33,570 nt of DNA from Octopus bimaculoides (lineage: Eukaryota), in the NCBI RefSeq assembly GCF_001194135.2, contig NC_068984.1, positions 110,751,763-110,785,332 of the forward strand, written 5' to 3'. Made by a program: the position numbers and the translations under genes. A model generated the notes under the pieces. It had not been told where the DNA came from, searched no databases, and worked only from the letters and a program-made list of their open reading frames with translations. Every line of letters starts with the position of its first letter. The first letter of the stretch is position 1. Below, in pieces: positions 20,600 to 33,310 of this stretch.

Positions 20600-21810
20600 C
20601 ATACAAGGAGGAAATGTTCTCTGTGGGACAAGCCCATTGTAGTTCAGGCTTCCACTGCTAGAAGCCTCTTGAGGTAACTCTCAAGCGTCAGTCTGCCAAC
20701 CAGCAGTGTCCTGTCACTGTCACGTGGTGTGTCTTTGTTTTGCAGGGCTTCTCTCCTGTCCATCAATTTTTGTGATGGCTGAAACAAAGAAATAGCATGC
20801 TTCCATGAAATTCTGTTTTCTGCTGGGGAAAATGGCAGCTGAAACAGTTGTCATGCTTCAAACAGTTTACAAGCAAAACACAAGTTTACAAGTGGTTTTT
20901 ATGCTTTAAGAATGGTCATTTGGTGCTTCAAGACCAATCTCGTTTAGGGAGACCATCAACCTCCTGAACAAAGGAAAATATGAAAATTCATGAACTGATC
21001 TTGAAGGACAGTCACTAAACAATTAATGAATTTGTTAATATGACTGGTGTGTCCTGGAACTTTTGCCAACAAATTCTGAATGTGAAATTGTAATGAAATG
21101 AGTTGCAGCAAAATTTGTGCCTCACTTGCTCACAGATCAAAATCAGTCATGACTGAATGTGTGTTGTGAACTGAAAGAACTTTTGGAAGTTGATCCAGAT
21201 ATTTTTTAAAGGTCACCACTGGTGATGAAAACTGGTGTTATGGCTACAACCTGGAAATGAAGCAGCAATCAAGTCCATGGAAGCATTCAATGTAAGTACT
21301 CCCCAAAAAAGCACATCAAGTGAAGTCCAATATCAAGACGATGCTGATTTATATTGTCGATGTGAAAGGAATTTTCCGCACAAAATTTGTTCCTCCTGGT
21401 CAAACTGTTAACCAGACATTTTACTTGGCAGTTCTGATGCATTTGCGAGATGCTGTGGCATGAAAATGCCCTGACCTCTGGCAAAGTGGAGAGAGGTGGT
21501 TTCATCACAACAATGCACCTGCACACACCGCTCAAGTGTAAGACAGTTTGTGACCAAAAATGGCATGAGTCCATTTACTCACACTCCCTAGTCACCTGAT
21601 TTTGCTCTCTCTGACGTTTCTTGTTCCTCTGAATGAAAGACGTTCTTAAAGGAAAACAGATGTGGAAGAGGTGAAGAAAAAATACGATAGAGGCATTTAG
21701 AGGTATCACTTTGCAAGAGTTCCAGGACTGCTTCAGACAGTGGAAAATGCATTGTTACAAATAGAGAATACTTTGAAGGTGATAAAAGTGTAAACATGTA
21801 TACCCTCATA
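20600..21810 (+). mobile_element. Mariner DNA transposon (old, degraded); TIRs barely recognisable
   Basis: Contains the transposase pseudogene below. The right end ataccctcaTA resembles a ..ccctcg TA mariner terminus. The left boundary is uncertain. Confidence 0.7.
20775..21793 (+). pseudogene. Mariner transposase pseudogene
   Basis: MAETKK*HASMKFCFLLGKMAAETVVML..GRPSTS..VAAKFVPHLLT..TTGDENWCYGYNLEMKQQSS..KTMLI..FVPPGQTVNQTFY..FHHNNAPAHT..SPDFALSD..YFEGDK, with many stops and frameshifts. Confidence 0.88.
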
Positions 21811-21974
21811 CATACATACATAGGTACACACCTGTAATCAGAGGCTGCCCAAAATTATTAGCGAGGTATTGTTTTCAACAGTGCCATGATGTTCCATCGT
21901 CAATAAAGACAGCTCTCAGATAAATAAAAGCAACACCTCTACTATGGTAGAATTTCACACACACTAACACAGAA

Positions 21975-22120
21975 TTTTGGATTGTCATTAGGAAGAGTAT
22001 CCAGGTGTAGAAACTAGGCCAGACAGACTATGGGACTTGGTGCAGCCCCTGGCCTTAACATCTCCTGAGAAACCCTCCAACCTGTACCAGCATGTGAAAC
22101 AGATGTTAAATGATGATGGT
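21975..22120 (+). mobile_element. RTE-type retroposon 3' end with (GAT)n tail
   Basis: gtcattaggaagagtatccaggtgtagaaac...ccagcatgtgaaacagatgttaaatgatgatg. Confidence 0.7.
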
Positions 22121-22124
22121 GTTC

Positions 22125-22165
22125 ATATATATATATATATATATATAGATATATATATATACATG

Positions 22166-22201
<36 letters not shown>

Positions 22202-22883
22202 TATACATTTATATATTTCTCTCCTCTCAATGTGTATATACACACACACACACATGCATATATATACATATATATATTTATACACACATACACACACATG
22301 AATGCACACACGCACATGTGCACACACATACACACACACACACACACAAGTCTTTATGTGTGGCTTGGAATCTATCAGAATAGATGAAGAAAGTATAAAC
22401 TAAGCACCATTGAAGCATATTTCATCAAGAAGACCTGACAGATAAGGAGAGTGAAGAATGTATGAATCTCTTCCTGTCTGTATGCCTATCACTCTGTGTG
22501 TCTATGCTTATGCCAGTGCATATGTGTATATGTGACTGTGTGAATGAATGTATGTATGTATGTGCGTGTGAGTGTGTGTGCGTCATCGGTCTGACATGTG
22601 TACAAATATGTGTATGCACATATACATTTATGTATGTATGTATGTATATATGCATATATATGTGTACCATAATAAACTTCATCTTTATCTTCTCATAATT
22701 TCTTGTGTGAAGTCAATTCTTTTATACAGTTTATTAATTTATTTGTTCGCCACCTAGATTTATCTGTGGGTTTGGCCTCTACCCCATATATTTTTCTTAC
22801 AAAAACTGAAGCGTGTAATACTTATATATCCCCTCTCTTTCTGTCTCTTTCTCACTCCGCTCTTTGTCTCTCTCCCTCTCTCC

Positions 22884-22923
<40 letters not shown>

Positions 22924-22987
22924 ACATTCTCTCTCAGTATATGTATATGTATGTATGTATATATATATATATATATGTGTGTGCATA

Positions 22988-23024
<37 letters not shown>
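22125..23024. repeat. Compound TA/CA/TG microsatellite field up to a large gap
   Basis: Directly visible, interspersed with short unique stretches. Confidence 0.8.
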
Positions 23025-24004
23025 NNNNNNNNNNNNNNNNNNNNNNNNNNNNNNNNNNNNNNNNNNNNNNNNNNNNNNNNNNNNNNNNNNNNNNNNNNNN
23101 NNNNNNNNNNNNNNNNNNNNNNNNNNNNNNNNNNNNNNNNNNNNNNNNNNNNNNNNNNNNNNNNNNNNNNNNNNNNNNNNNNNNNNNNNNNNNNNNNNNN
23201 NNNNNNNNNNNNNNNNNNNNNNNNNNNNNNNNNNNNNNNNNNNNNNNNNNNNNNNNNNNNNNNNNNNNNNNNNNNNNNNNNNNNNNNNNNNNNNNNNNNN
23301 NNNNNNNNNNNNNNNNNNNNNNNNNNNNNNNNNNNNNNNNNNNNNNNNNNNNNNNNNNNNNNNNNNNNNNNNNNNNNNNNNNNNNNNNNNNNNNNNNNNN
23401 NNNNNNNNNNNNNNNNNNNNNNNNNNNNNNNNNNNNNNNNNNNNNNNNNNNNNNNNNNNNNNNNNNNNNNNNNNNNNNNNNNNNNNNNNNNNNNNNNNNN
23501 NNNNNNNNNNNNNNNNNNNNNNNNNNNNNNNNNNNNNNNNNNNNNNNNNNNNNNNNNNNNNNNNNNNNNNNNNNNNNNNNNNNNNNNNNNNNNNNNNNNN
23601 NNNNNNNNNNNNNNNNNNNNNNNNNNNNNNNNNNNNNNNNNNNNNNNNNNNNNNNNNNNNNNNNNNNNNNNNNNNNNNNNNNNNNNNNNNNNNNNNNNNN
23701 NNNNNNNNNNNNNNNNNNNNNNNNNNNNNNNNNNNNNNNNNNNNNNNNNNNNNNNNNNNNNNNNNNNNNNNNNNNNNNNNNNNNNNNNNNNNNNNNNNNN
23801 NNNNNNNNNNNNNNNNNNNNNNNNNNNNNNNNNNNNNNNNNNNNNNNNNNNNNNNNNNGTAGCGAAGTGAGGGATAACTTGCTGAATGTAATTTGCTGAA
23901 GAAAAGTGTTCGTAATAATTGAAGAAATCCTTTGTTTTGGTGATTAATTCTCATCAAGATAGACAAGGGAGACAACTCTGAAATCATTTTTTTTTTTTAA
24001 ATCT

Positions 24005-24235
24005 TATACCTGTTTCACTGACTGAACTGTGGATATGCTGGGGCACTGCCTTGAAGGGTTAAGTCGACCAAATTGACCCCATTCCTTATGCTTTCTCTTA
24101 GAGTCTGGTCTGGTGCTTATTTTATTGGTTTCTTTCTTTTTTTTTTTTTTGCTGAACCACGAAGTAAATGGAAATGTAAACAAACCAACCATGAAGCAGT
24201 GATGGGGTACAGACAAAACAACTTAAATATACACA
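24005..24235 (-). mobile_element. SINE family A, degenerate 3' part
   Basis: cctgtttcactgactgaactgtggatatgctggggcactgccttgaagggttaagtcgacc is the reverse of the older tail variant. Confidence 0.6.
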
Positions 24236-24803
24236 CATATATATATGCATACGCACACACAGATATAAACACACACACCGACACACACATGTGCACACAC
24301 ACACACACACACCTGCATGCATACACATACACCTATACACACACATTAACCCACATGCATGCACACACAGACACACAAGTATGGATGTGTTCAGTGCATG
24401 CCAAATTATTCCATTCAGATTTTGGTTCTTATTGTTAACCGTATTAACCTCACCACCTTTGTCTATTCACATGGGGTCCCTTCCTTCACACGGGGTCCTG
24501 CAAACTCAGATGTGGGCTACAATGTAAAATAAGAACACATCAATAGTGAGAGAACAAAGAACATGGGTTAACACATGATTCTCATTTATTTCATTGTCTA
24601 TTTCATCATTTTTTTTTCCACTACTTGGTAACACATGCTATCCTTATGAGGTGCAGGTATGGATTGCATCTATTATGTGACATCACGTGTGGCAGAAAAC
24701 TGAGATAGATGTAACAAAAGAAATAAAGGCACACAAAGTTCAGGCTCTCTCTCTCGTTCTCTCTCTCCCTCTCTCAGTATATATATATATATATATATAT
24801 ATA

Positions 24804-25429
24804 CTAGCAGCTAAGCCCGGTTTCACCCGGTTTCACCCGGTTGGTTTGGATCATGTGCCTGTAAAACCTGCTCTGTGTAAGTATTTGACTTGTTTGGGCA
24901 TGCTTACATAAAAGACAATTTTAGTATGACTTTTTTCTGTCAAAACTCTAAAAATAACAACAAAAAAACACCAATAACAACAAAAAAATTCAACCAACAT
25001 TCAACCAAATCAAAAAATAAACCCAAATACTAAGCGAACAAAGATGAACCATCCCACTTCCATTGCGGACGTGTGTATGCGTGCACATGCACACACACAC
25101 ACACACTCACACACACACATACACAAACACACACACACACACCCACGCATACATTCACATACCCCCCTTTTACACACACACACACACACATATTCACACA
25201 GAGTTGAAACGCTCATCCCTTCCTTCCTTATTCGTCAATGCATCCCTTCCTTTTTCATTCATAAACACTAGAGTATTATAGTAAATTATCTCAGTAACCA
25301 TAGGAGCTATGAAAATAATACAAAGCCCAGCATCACCACTGGATCATTCTATGCATCTGTGTAATTTTTCGTGCAATTCCACCCGGCCATTTGACCATGA
25401 ATCCCAAGACAAGAAAGGATATGTATAGA
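24804..25429 (-). mobile_element. Non-autonomous Helitron-like element with internal (CA)n
   Basis: The minus strand starts A|TCTATACATATCC and ends accgggtgaaaccgggcttagctgCTAG|T: TC start, GC-rich short stem near the end, CTAG terminus and A/T insertion site inside (AT)n. These are canonical Helitron termini. Confidence 0.7.
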
Positions 25430-25662
25430 TATATATATAGTCAGTTGAGGATACAGTGTCCTCTTTAGGGTTTATAAAATACAGAGATCAACTGGTGTTA
25501 TCAATGATATATTGGGAGAATTCTCTCAATATATAAGGATAAACAGTCTAATATACAATTATTACTATGTGAAAATGGAGAAAAAAATATTCTGAATACT
25601 TACCTTATTCGTATCACAATATGAACAAAGCAAATAGTTTAATACAAATAAAATTTAAATGA

Positions 25663-25826
25663 ACACAGGAGTGGCTGTGTGGTAAGTAGCTTTCTCACCA
25701 ACCACATGGTTCTGGGTTCAGTCCCACTGCATAGCACCTTAGGCAAGTGTCTTCTACTATAGTCTCGGGCCGACCAAAGCCTTGTGAGTGGATTTGGTAG
25801 ACGGAAACTGAAAGAAGCCTGTCGTA

Positions 25827-25867
<41 letters not shown>

Positions 25868-26058
25868 ATATATGTATGTGTGTATATGTTTGTGTGTCTG
25901 TGTTTGTCCTCCCAACTTCGCTTGGTTCAGCAAAAGATATTGATAGAATAAGTACTAGGCTTCCAAAGAATAAGTCCTGGGCTCGATTTGCTCGACTAAA
26001 GGCAGTGCTTCAGCATGGTCGCAGTCAAATGACTGAAACAGGTGAAGGAGTAAAGGAG
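25663..26058 (+). mobile_element. SINE family A, near full length with an internal deletion
   Basis: caggagtggctgtgtggtaagtagc...ggttcagtcccactg...gactgaaacagg. Confidence 0.9.
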
Positions 26059-26169
26059 TATACATTAATGTAAGATAAAATAAAATATATTCACACTCAA
26101 TATATATATTATTGCAAGCTACAAGCAAGGAAGAGAGCTCTCAACTTTTCTAGCTCAGAGAATACCAGA

Positions 26170-26692
26170 GCATGTGTTGGTTTGTTTATGTTCCAATAAC
26201 TTAGCAGTTTGGCAAATATATACAAAAAAGTGTATGACCACAGGATTGCACCTAGAAAGTTCCCCTCCGAGGTACAAGTCCGGGCAAGGTTGTTTATGGA
26301 AGAGCAGCAATTGCCCATGCATACCAGTCTCCCCTTCGATGTTATATGAGGGAAAGGCAATCACCAATACAGCCAGGTACCTGTGATGCTGCAACTCATT
26401 TCTACAGCTGAGCGAACTGGGGCAATGTGAAATAAAGTGTGTTGCTCCAGAACGCAACACACAGCCCAGTCCTGGAATCAAACTCACTAAGCTCAAGATC
26501 ATGAGCTCAATGCTCTAACCACTAAGCTATGCACCTATAAATGCACCTGGCAAATATAGGCTGATAGAATAAGTACAGGAGTACATGGATTAAAAATATT
26601 AAGGACAAGTACTAAGGTCAATTGGTTCATTGAAATCCTTAAATGCTATGCTCCAGCATAGCCACTGTCCAGTGACTGAAACAAACAAAAGA
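26170..26692 (+). mobile_element. Old SINE family A 3' half, interrupted by a family D SINE
   Basis: gttggtttgtttatgttccaataacttagcagtttggcaaa continues after the insertion as gctgatagaataagtac...gctccagcatagccac...gactgaaac. Confidence 0.6.
26221..26537 (-). mobile_element. SINE family D, near full length, with 11-bp TSD
   Basis: Reverse complement of 12942-13296. tggcaaatata is repeated at 26210-26220 and 26548-26558. Confidence 0.85.
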
Positions 26693-26696
26693 TATA

Positions 26697-27100
26697 TTCT
26701 TTTACTTGTTTCAGTCATTTAACTGTGGCCATGCTGGAGCACTGCCTTTAGTCAAACAAATCAACTCTAGGATTTATTCTTTGTAAGCCTAGTACTTATT
26801 CTATCCATCCCTTTTGCCAAGCCACTAAGTTACAGGGACGTAAACACACCAGCATTGGTTGTCAAGCGATGGTGATGGTGGCGGGGACAAGCACAGAAAC
26901 ACACACACACACATGCACACACACACACATGTACACACACACACGTACACAAATATACGTCTACCAAATCCACTCACAAAGCTTTGGTCAGCCTGAGGCT
27001 ATAATAGAAGACACTTTTCCAATGTACCATGCTGTAGGACTGAACCCAGAACCATGTGGTTGGGAAGCAAGCTTCTTACCACACAGCTGAACCTGTGCCT
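26697..27100 (-). mobile_element. SINE family A, near full length
   Basis: Reverse complement of the family A head to tail. Confidence 0.88.
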
Positions 27101-27140
27101 ATATATCTATATATATCTTTCCTCTATCTTATACCTTTAT

Positions 27141-27211
27141 CTAAAGGCGGTGCTCCAGCATGGTCGCAGTCAATGGCTGAAACAAGTAAAATAACAAACG
27201 AATAAAAGAAT
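27141..27211 (+). mobile_element. SINE family A, 3' tail fragment
   Basis: ctaaaggcggtgctccagcatggtcgcagtcaatggctgaaacaagtaaaa. Confidence 0.8.
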
Positions 27212-27236
27212 ACACACACACACACACACACATGTA

Positions 27237-28478
27237 TTGGGTCATCCCATAAATAATGCAGTTTTTTTATACTTCTTTTATTTTCCAAAATTGAGCCCTT
27301 TTTTAATCTAAAATATACTCTCCTTTATTTTCTACAATGCTCTTATATCTGTCTGGTAAACTTACAAGGCCCCCCATCCAAAATTCACTTGTCCATGATG
27401 AAAAATGCTCCTCGAGTACTGTTCTGACCTCATCTACAGAATTCATATTTTTCCTGTCCAAATGATTTTGAAGACTGCAGAATAAATAATAATCAGATGG
27501 AGCAATGACCAGCAAATATGGTGGGTGAGGCATCGTTTCCCATTCAAACTGCTCCAGCCTTTGGAATGTCATCCTCACTGTATGTGGCCAAGCATTATCC
27601 TGTTGGAAGAAAACCTTTTTGTCTTGAAACCAAAGATGGCTTAATCTGTTCAAGCTGCTCGCAGTAGATCTCTGTTGTTATTGCTTGGTTTGGGTTTAAA
27701 TGTTCAAAGTGGACTAAACCTTTCATATCCCACCAAACAGATAACAACACCTCACGTGGGTGAAGACCTTCTTTAGCTTGGGATGCTGGTGTTTCTCCTT
27801 TCCCTACCCACTGTCCTTGGTGCTTGACATTTTTATAGAGAACCCATTTCTCATCACCAGTCACTATTTGGTCCCCCAAAAAAGGTTCATTCGTGAGATG
27901 TGACATCAAAGAAGAGCACACATTCACTCTCTGCACACGATTAGACTTGGAGAGTTTGTGAGGAACCCATTGACCCAATTTGTTGACTTTTCCAATGGCA
28001 TGCAGGTGTCGATGAATGGTTGAATGACCAAATACAAGCTTCTCTGCTAATTCCTCAACAGTTGCAATGAGATTTTTCTCCACCAGAGTGTGCATCGAGC
28101 TCTACAGATCTTCCAGGATGAGGGTCATCTTCTAGTCTCCACTTTTTGGCTCAGAATTTCTGGAACTACCGTTGACATTGACTTATTCTTATTGTCTGAT
28201 CCCATATACTGCCTTAATATTCCTCGCACTTTCTGTTGCATTGTTGCCTTTATTGAACTCATAAAGCAAAATATGCCAAATATGCTCCTTTGTCACTACT
28301 ATCATAGCTTTGAAAAAATGACTGCTAAAATCGAACTGCACTCTTCAAAACTTGCACTAAGAATAAGTACACTGTAAAATTACTACCCGCTTTTATAACA
28401 AATTGATGCAGATAGTTTATCCCATCCTACTCTGACTTTTAGTTCATGCAATTGAAAAAACACATTAATTATGGATTG
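27237..28478 (-). mobile_element. Mariner DNA transposon, near full length
   Basis: TA|ttgggtcatcccataaataatgcagttttttt at the left end. A partial inverted copy, aaaaaacacattaattatgg, lies at 28455-28474. It contains the transposase pseudogene below. Confidence 0.88.
27303..28305 (-). pseudogene. Mariner DD34D transposase pseudogene
   Basis: M..TKEHIWHILLYEFNKG..GQWVPHKL..IVTGDEKWVLY..LLSVWWDMKG..QDNAWPHT..HPPYLLVIAPSDYYLF..GEYILD*. There are 34 residues between the second and third Asp. At least two frameshifts and stops occur in the N-terminal part. Confidence 0.93.
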
Positions 28479-28479
28479 G

Positions 28480-28695
28480 CTTGGTGTGCTGAAAAGTTCC
28501 TGGCTTTGAGTAAAAGAAAATACCGGAGGATAAGTTAATTATGATTTTATGGAACATATTCCTCTCCCAAATTCACACATTTATTGCAGCGGTACTTCAG
28601 TTTGTCTAAGCCCTGTAAAAGGACTGGGAAGATTGGACCGCCAACCAGGCTTTTCATGATATCCTTAAAGCCAGGAACTTTTCAGCACCACCTCA
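28480..28695. mobile_element. Mariner-derived MITE
   Basis: Perfect 22-bp TIR gtgctgaaaagttcctggcttt (28486-28507) / aaagccaggaacttttcagcac (28667-28688), with the right end followed by TA. Confidence 0.85.
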
Positions 28696-29069
28696 TATTA
28701 TTGCCCATTGAAAATGGAAGATAACAGAGGGAAGGCAAGTTTAGATCTCAAACTAGTGATGTATTTAAGAATTGGAATTTGCTCTTGTTCTTTACCTCTT
28801 CTTTAAGCATACCATACAATACGATGGGGTGGAAGGAAGAGGAGGAGAGAGTGAAGGGGAGAAGAGATAGAAGTGTCATAATTAGGGAGGAAGGGTGAAA
28901 GTGGGGAAAGAGAAAAGTGTGACAGTTGGAGAGAAAGTGAGAGAAAAGGAGGGGAAGAGAAAAAAATGAGTGAGAGCTGAGGTGAAAGAATGAGTGAAAG
29001 TAAAGGAGAGAGGAGAGGACAAGAAAGAGAATGTGTAACAATAGGGGGGAAGTGAGAGGGCGAGAGAGA

Positions 29070-29101
<32 letters not shown>

Positions 29102-30019
29102 TAAATACATAGGTAAAGAATCTAAGAATCTGATAAAGAGCTGAGGATTAAATGGTCTGAAACAACTTGAGTCAAGTTGCTTAAGAAAAGTAAAAAATTC
29201 ACCCTTTTCCTCATTCTTTCTTTNNNNNNNNNNNNNNNNNNNNNNNNNNNNNNNNNNNNNNNNNNNNNNNNNNNNNNNNNNNNNNNNNNNNNNNNNNNNN
29301 NNNNNNNNNNNNNNNNNNNNNNNNNNNNNNNNNNNNNNNNNNNNNNNNNNNNNNNNNNNNNNNNNNNNNNNNNNNNNNNNNNNNNNNNNNNNNNNNNNNN
29401 NNNNNNNNNNNNNNNNNNNNNNNNNNNNNNNNNNNNNNNNNNNNNNNNNNNNNNNNNNNNNNNNATATACTTATATATATGTGTGTTTGTGTGTAAAAAT
29501 GTATGTATATGAATAAAAAAATTACAAAAATTCCAAGAAAATAGTTAAAAGAAATTTAAATTCACCAAAATAAAATAAACACAAAATTCTTTTAAAATGT
29601 AATGGAATTTCTCAAAATGATAATTCGCACAATTGAAATTATTTTCAGTTTATATCCTTAATTTTGCTCACTTCCCATAATTATTATGTTCTCTCTCTTT
29701 ACTTTTTAATACATGTATATATATAAATATGTATATATTTATATGTATGTTGATATATATGATATATATTTTATTTATATATATATTATTTCCTAAATCA
29801 GTTCTTTATATAAATAATTATATAACATTGATTCATTGTTTTTGTGCCTTAGTTGAATGCTCAATGTTGTTTTTTCTTGGTGTTTTTGCATTGTTGTTCA
29901 TTCACTTTTAATGCAAGTTACTGTTGCTTTTTATAGTGTTTCTTGTTCTTTTTTGTTAATTTTGCTCTTTTCCATTTTCTTGATTTCTTTTTTCATTTCA
30001 AATCATATGCAAATAAATG

Positions 30020-31263
30020 TGTGTGCGTGAGTGTGAATGTATGTGTGTGTGTATATATAAGTGTATGTATGTGTGTGTGTGTATATATAAGTGTATGTAT
30101 GTATGTATATATATATATATATATATACATACAGCGAGTGAGGGAGAGATAGATACATAAATAGATAAATGGATGGATGGATAAATACATATTTATTAAT
30201 ATATCATACATGTACATACATGCACACATACACACACATACGTGTATACATATATAAACAGTGTATGCATGCATGTATGTATGTATGTATGTTGTAGGTA
30301 TGTTACATATATTTGTTATATACATGACTATAATTCAAGTTGATTGAAACAGACATGTATGTATGTTTTTACTGGGCGTTGCACATCAAGTATGTATATT
30401 ATACCATAATCATAACTTTGTTCTTAATATTTCTTAAAAAAATTTTTTTCCAAAGATTCATAATATTTTGTTACTTTCAGATAGTGAAGTAAAAACACAC
30501 ACACATACACACACACACAAAAAAAAGCATCAACAACATGACCATTATTATCTATAACAACAAGAGGACAACTATGACAATCATAATGATGATGACAACG
30601 ATGATACTGTTACTGATGATGATGATGAATGAAAAAAATCATTGAAAATAAAACATTTTATTGAATTCTTAACATATATTTATTAACGTATATATTTATA
30701 CAATACAATTTCCTTTTTTCATAGCTATTTTGTTTCTTTGCTTGTTTATTTATTTATTCATTTATTTTTCTTTTTTGGAAATAATAGTTAAATGACTACA
30801 AAAATGGAAAAAGCAAAAGAATATATAAACATATATAAAACAGGAATTACGCAAAAATTTGACATAAAAATAAAAGCCAATGTAATAGTCATATTTATGC
30901 ATTTATTAGCATATGTATTTATCTATCAGTCTACCTCTGTATTCATTTATCTACTTATCCTTCCGATCTGGTGATCTATCAATCTTTTTCTCTATTTATT
31001 TATGTCTAACTGTTCACCTGTCTATCCATCTGTTATCTATTTATGTTTATGGATACTTACTTTTTTTAATGTTTTTGCTACGTTAAGCACATAGAAGCAT
31101 GTATATTCTTATACACACACACACAGACACACACACACAATCACATGCACACACACACACACACACACACACATAAACACATGCACACACACACACATTT
31201 GCACATGTGTGCATATAATATATATATACATACATACACACATACACATATATGTATGTACAA

Positions 31264-31337
<74 letters not shown>

Positions 31338-31476
31338 TATATATATACATGTATATATATGAATACATATATATATGTATATATACATACACACACACAT
31401 ACACACATATATGTACATAAATATATATATTGTTTAGTAGTTTCACCCTTTATCTATCTACATATTTATCTGTCTA

Positions 31477-31538
<62 letters not shown>

Positions 31539-31568
31539 CGTCTATCTATCTATCTATCTATCTATCCG

Positions 31569-31601
<33 letters not shown>

Positions 31602-32162
31602 ATATATATATATTTATCTATTTATCAATCTATCTGTGTATCTATTTATCTGTCTATCTATCTATTTGTATAGCGTTCTACCTGTGTATACTTCTATATG
31701 TGAATATGGAATAAGAAATTAAAAAAATAAAATAAAAACGATTTTTTTTCATGCTCCACATAAAATATTTTTGTTTATTCTTCCCAATTTATTTCATTTA
31801 TTTTTATTTTTGCAAGTATTGGGAAAAAATAATAATGTTTAGTTATCACCAAATTTGACTACAAATAATACAAAGTGTTAAAAGAAAAGAAAAAAAACTG
31901 CAAAAAGTGACAAAAATAACAAAAAACATAATATTAATTCAGTAAAAGCATGATATTATAGGTATTTTGTGATATTCACTTATGAAATGTTTTTCTCTTG
32001 CAAAATTGGCACAATATGGATGTGTGTGAGTATATGATTGTGTGCGTATAGATATGTATGTATGTATAAATATATATATGCATGTATGAATAGATGTATT
32101 TATGTAAGTCTATCTATCCACCAATCTATTTATCTATCTATCTATCTATATGTGTGTGAGTG

Positions 32163-32193
<31 letters not shown>

Positions 32194-32215
32194 CCATGCA
32201 CACACATATACATAC

Positions 32216-32255
<40 letters not shown>

Positions 32256-32310
32256 GCACAAATACACACATATATACACATATACACATACACACATACA
32301 TACACATTAT
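30020..32310. repeat. AT-rich region with TA/TG/CA/(TATC)n/(TGTC)n microsatellites
   Basis: Directly visible, e.g. (TCTG)n-(TCTA)n at 31470-31600. Confidence 0.85.
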
Positions 32311-33139
32311 TGGGAAAATTGAAGTTATATGTTTAAAAAGACAATTTTTTTTACATTCATACTTACTACAACAATATATAAAATATCCAAAATTGGTATA
32401 TTAGGTAATCATTTATTCAATCAATTGATTTTTTTTTATATTTATCTTTCTATATTCCATTTTTATTCATGTAATTTTCTACAAATTCTTACCAAATGTT
32501 TCGAGTTATTTTGATTTTCACTTTCTTTTCTCGTATTCTTTATCAATAATTTTCTTGTGGAATGTTTTTCTTATAAAATTCTTGCCATATTTTATTTTTG
32601 TATTTTTAAAAGTATTTTTCTAGTTAGCATTCTTTTCTGTTTTTTTTTGTTTTTGTTTTTGTTAATATTTTTAGGGGTCTTACGTTTATATGTTTTCCTT
32701 CACTTTTTATTTTTGTCTGTTCCTGGCTCACTATTATCACTGTCATCATTATCATCCTCATCAAAAAAAGAAAGAAAAAAAGTTTAAAAGGAAATATAAA
32801 TAACACAGTATATAACATTAATAGAAATTTGAGAGTAGTCATAGCAATCAAATTAGAGATTAGCAAAATTAGAGCAATTCTTTGGCAGTTTGACCTCACT
32901 TTCGTGATCTATAGTATCTTTTTTTTTTCTATAATGAATTCTTTAGGTCTTGAAAATATGTTCTGGACAGTGCCATAACAAGAGTTCTTTGAGTTCTGAG
33001 CAAAGACATTTCTGGTGTTCCTGTTTTATTTAATGGGTATATGGTGAGCTATGGTGAGCTAGAGTAAATTTTCTGCCATAGGGTTGGGGACATCTCTGTC
33101 CCTCACTACTTTAACTTTACAGGTAGTATGTTCTTATTA

Positions 33140-33292
33140 TTGTGATAATAAGAAGTTTATTTCTCAACCACATGGTTTCAGGTTCAGTCCCACTGTGTGG
33201 CACCTTGGTGAAATATTTTTTGCCATAGGTCCAGGCTGACTAATATCTGATGAATGAATCCAGTAGATGGAAAATATGTGGAGATTTGTTAT
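33140..33292 (+). mobile_element. SINE family A, degenerate 5' half
   Basis: ctcaaccacatggtttcaggttcagtcccactgtgtggcaccttgg. Confidence 0.7.
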
Positions 33293-33310
33293 ATATATAT
33301 ATTCCTTTTT

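Noticed and set aside
22703-23987. 300-400 aa ORFs
   Set aside because: Mostly an N gap of over 800 nt translated as X.
25595-25660. Perfect minus-strand donor AAG/GTAAGT
   Set aside because: No acceptor occurs upstream before the SINE, and there is no supported exon.
30792-30974. 60-aa Lys-rich ORF
   Set aside because: Product of A-rich low-complexity sequence with no recognisable family.
10348-33292. Box A/box B motifs as tRNA genes
   Set aside because: They all belong to SINE heads, and no complete cloverleaf with acceptor stem is visible.
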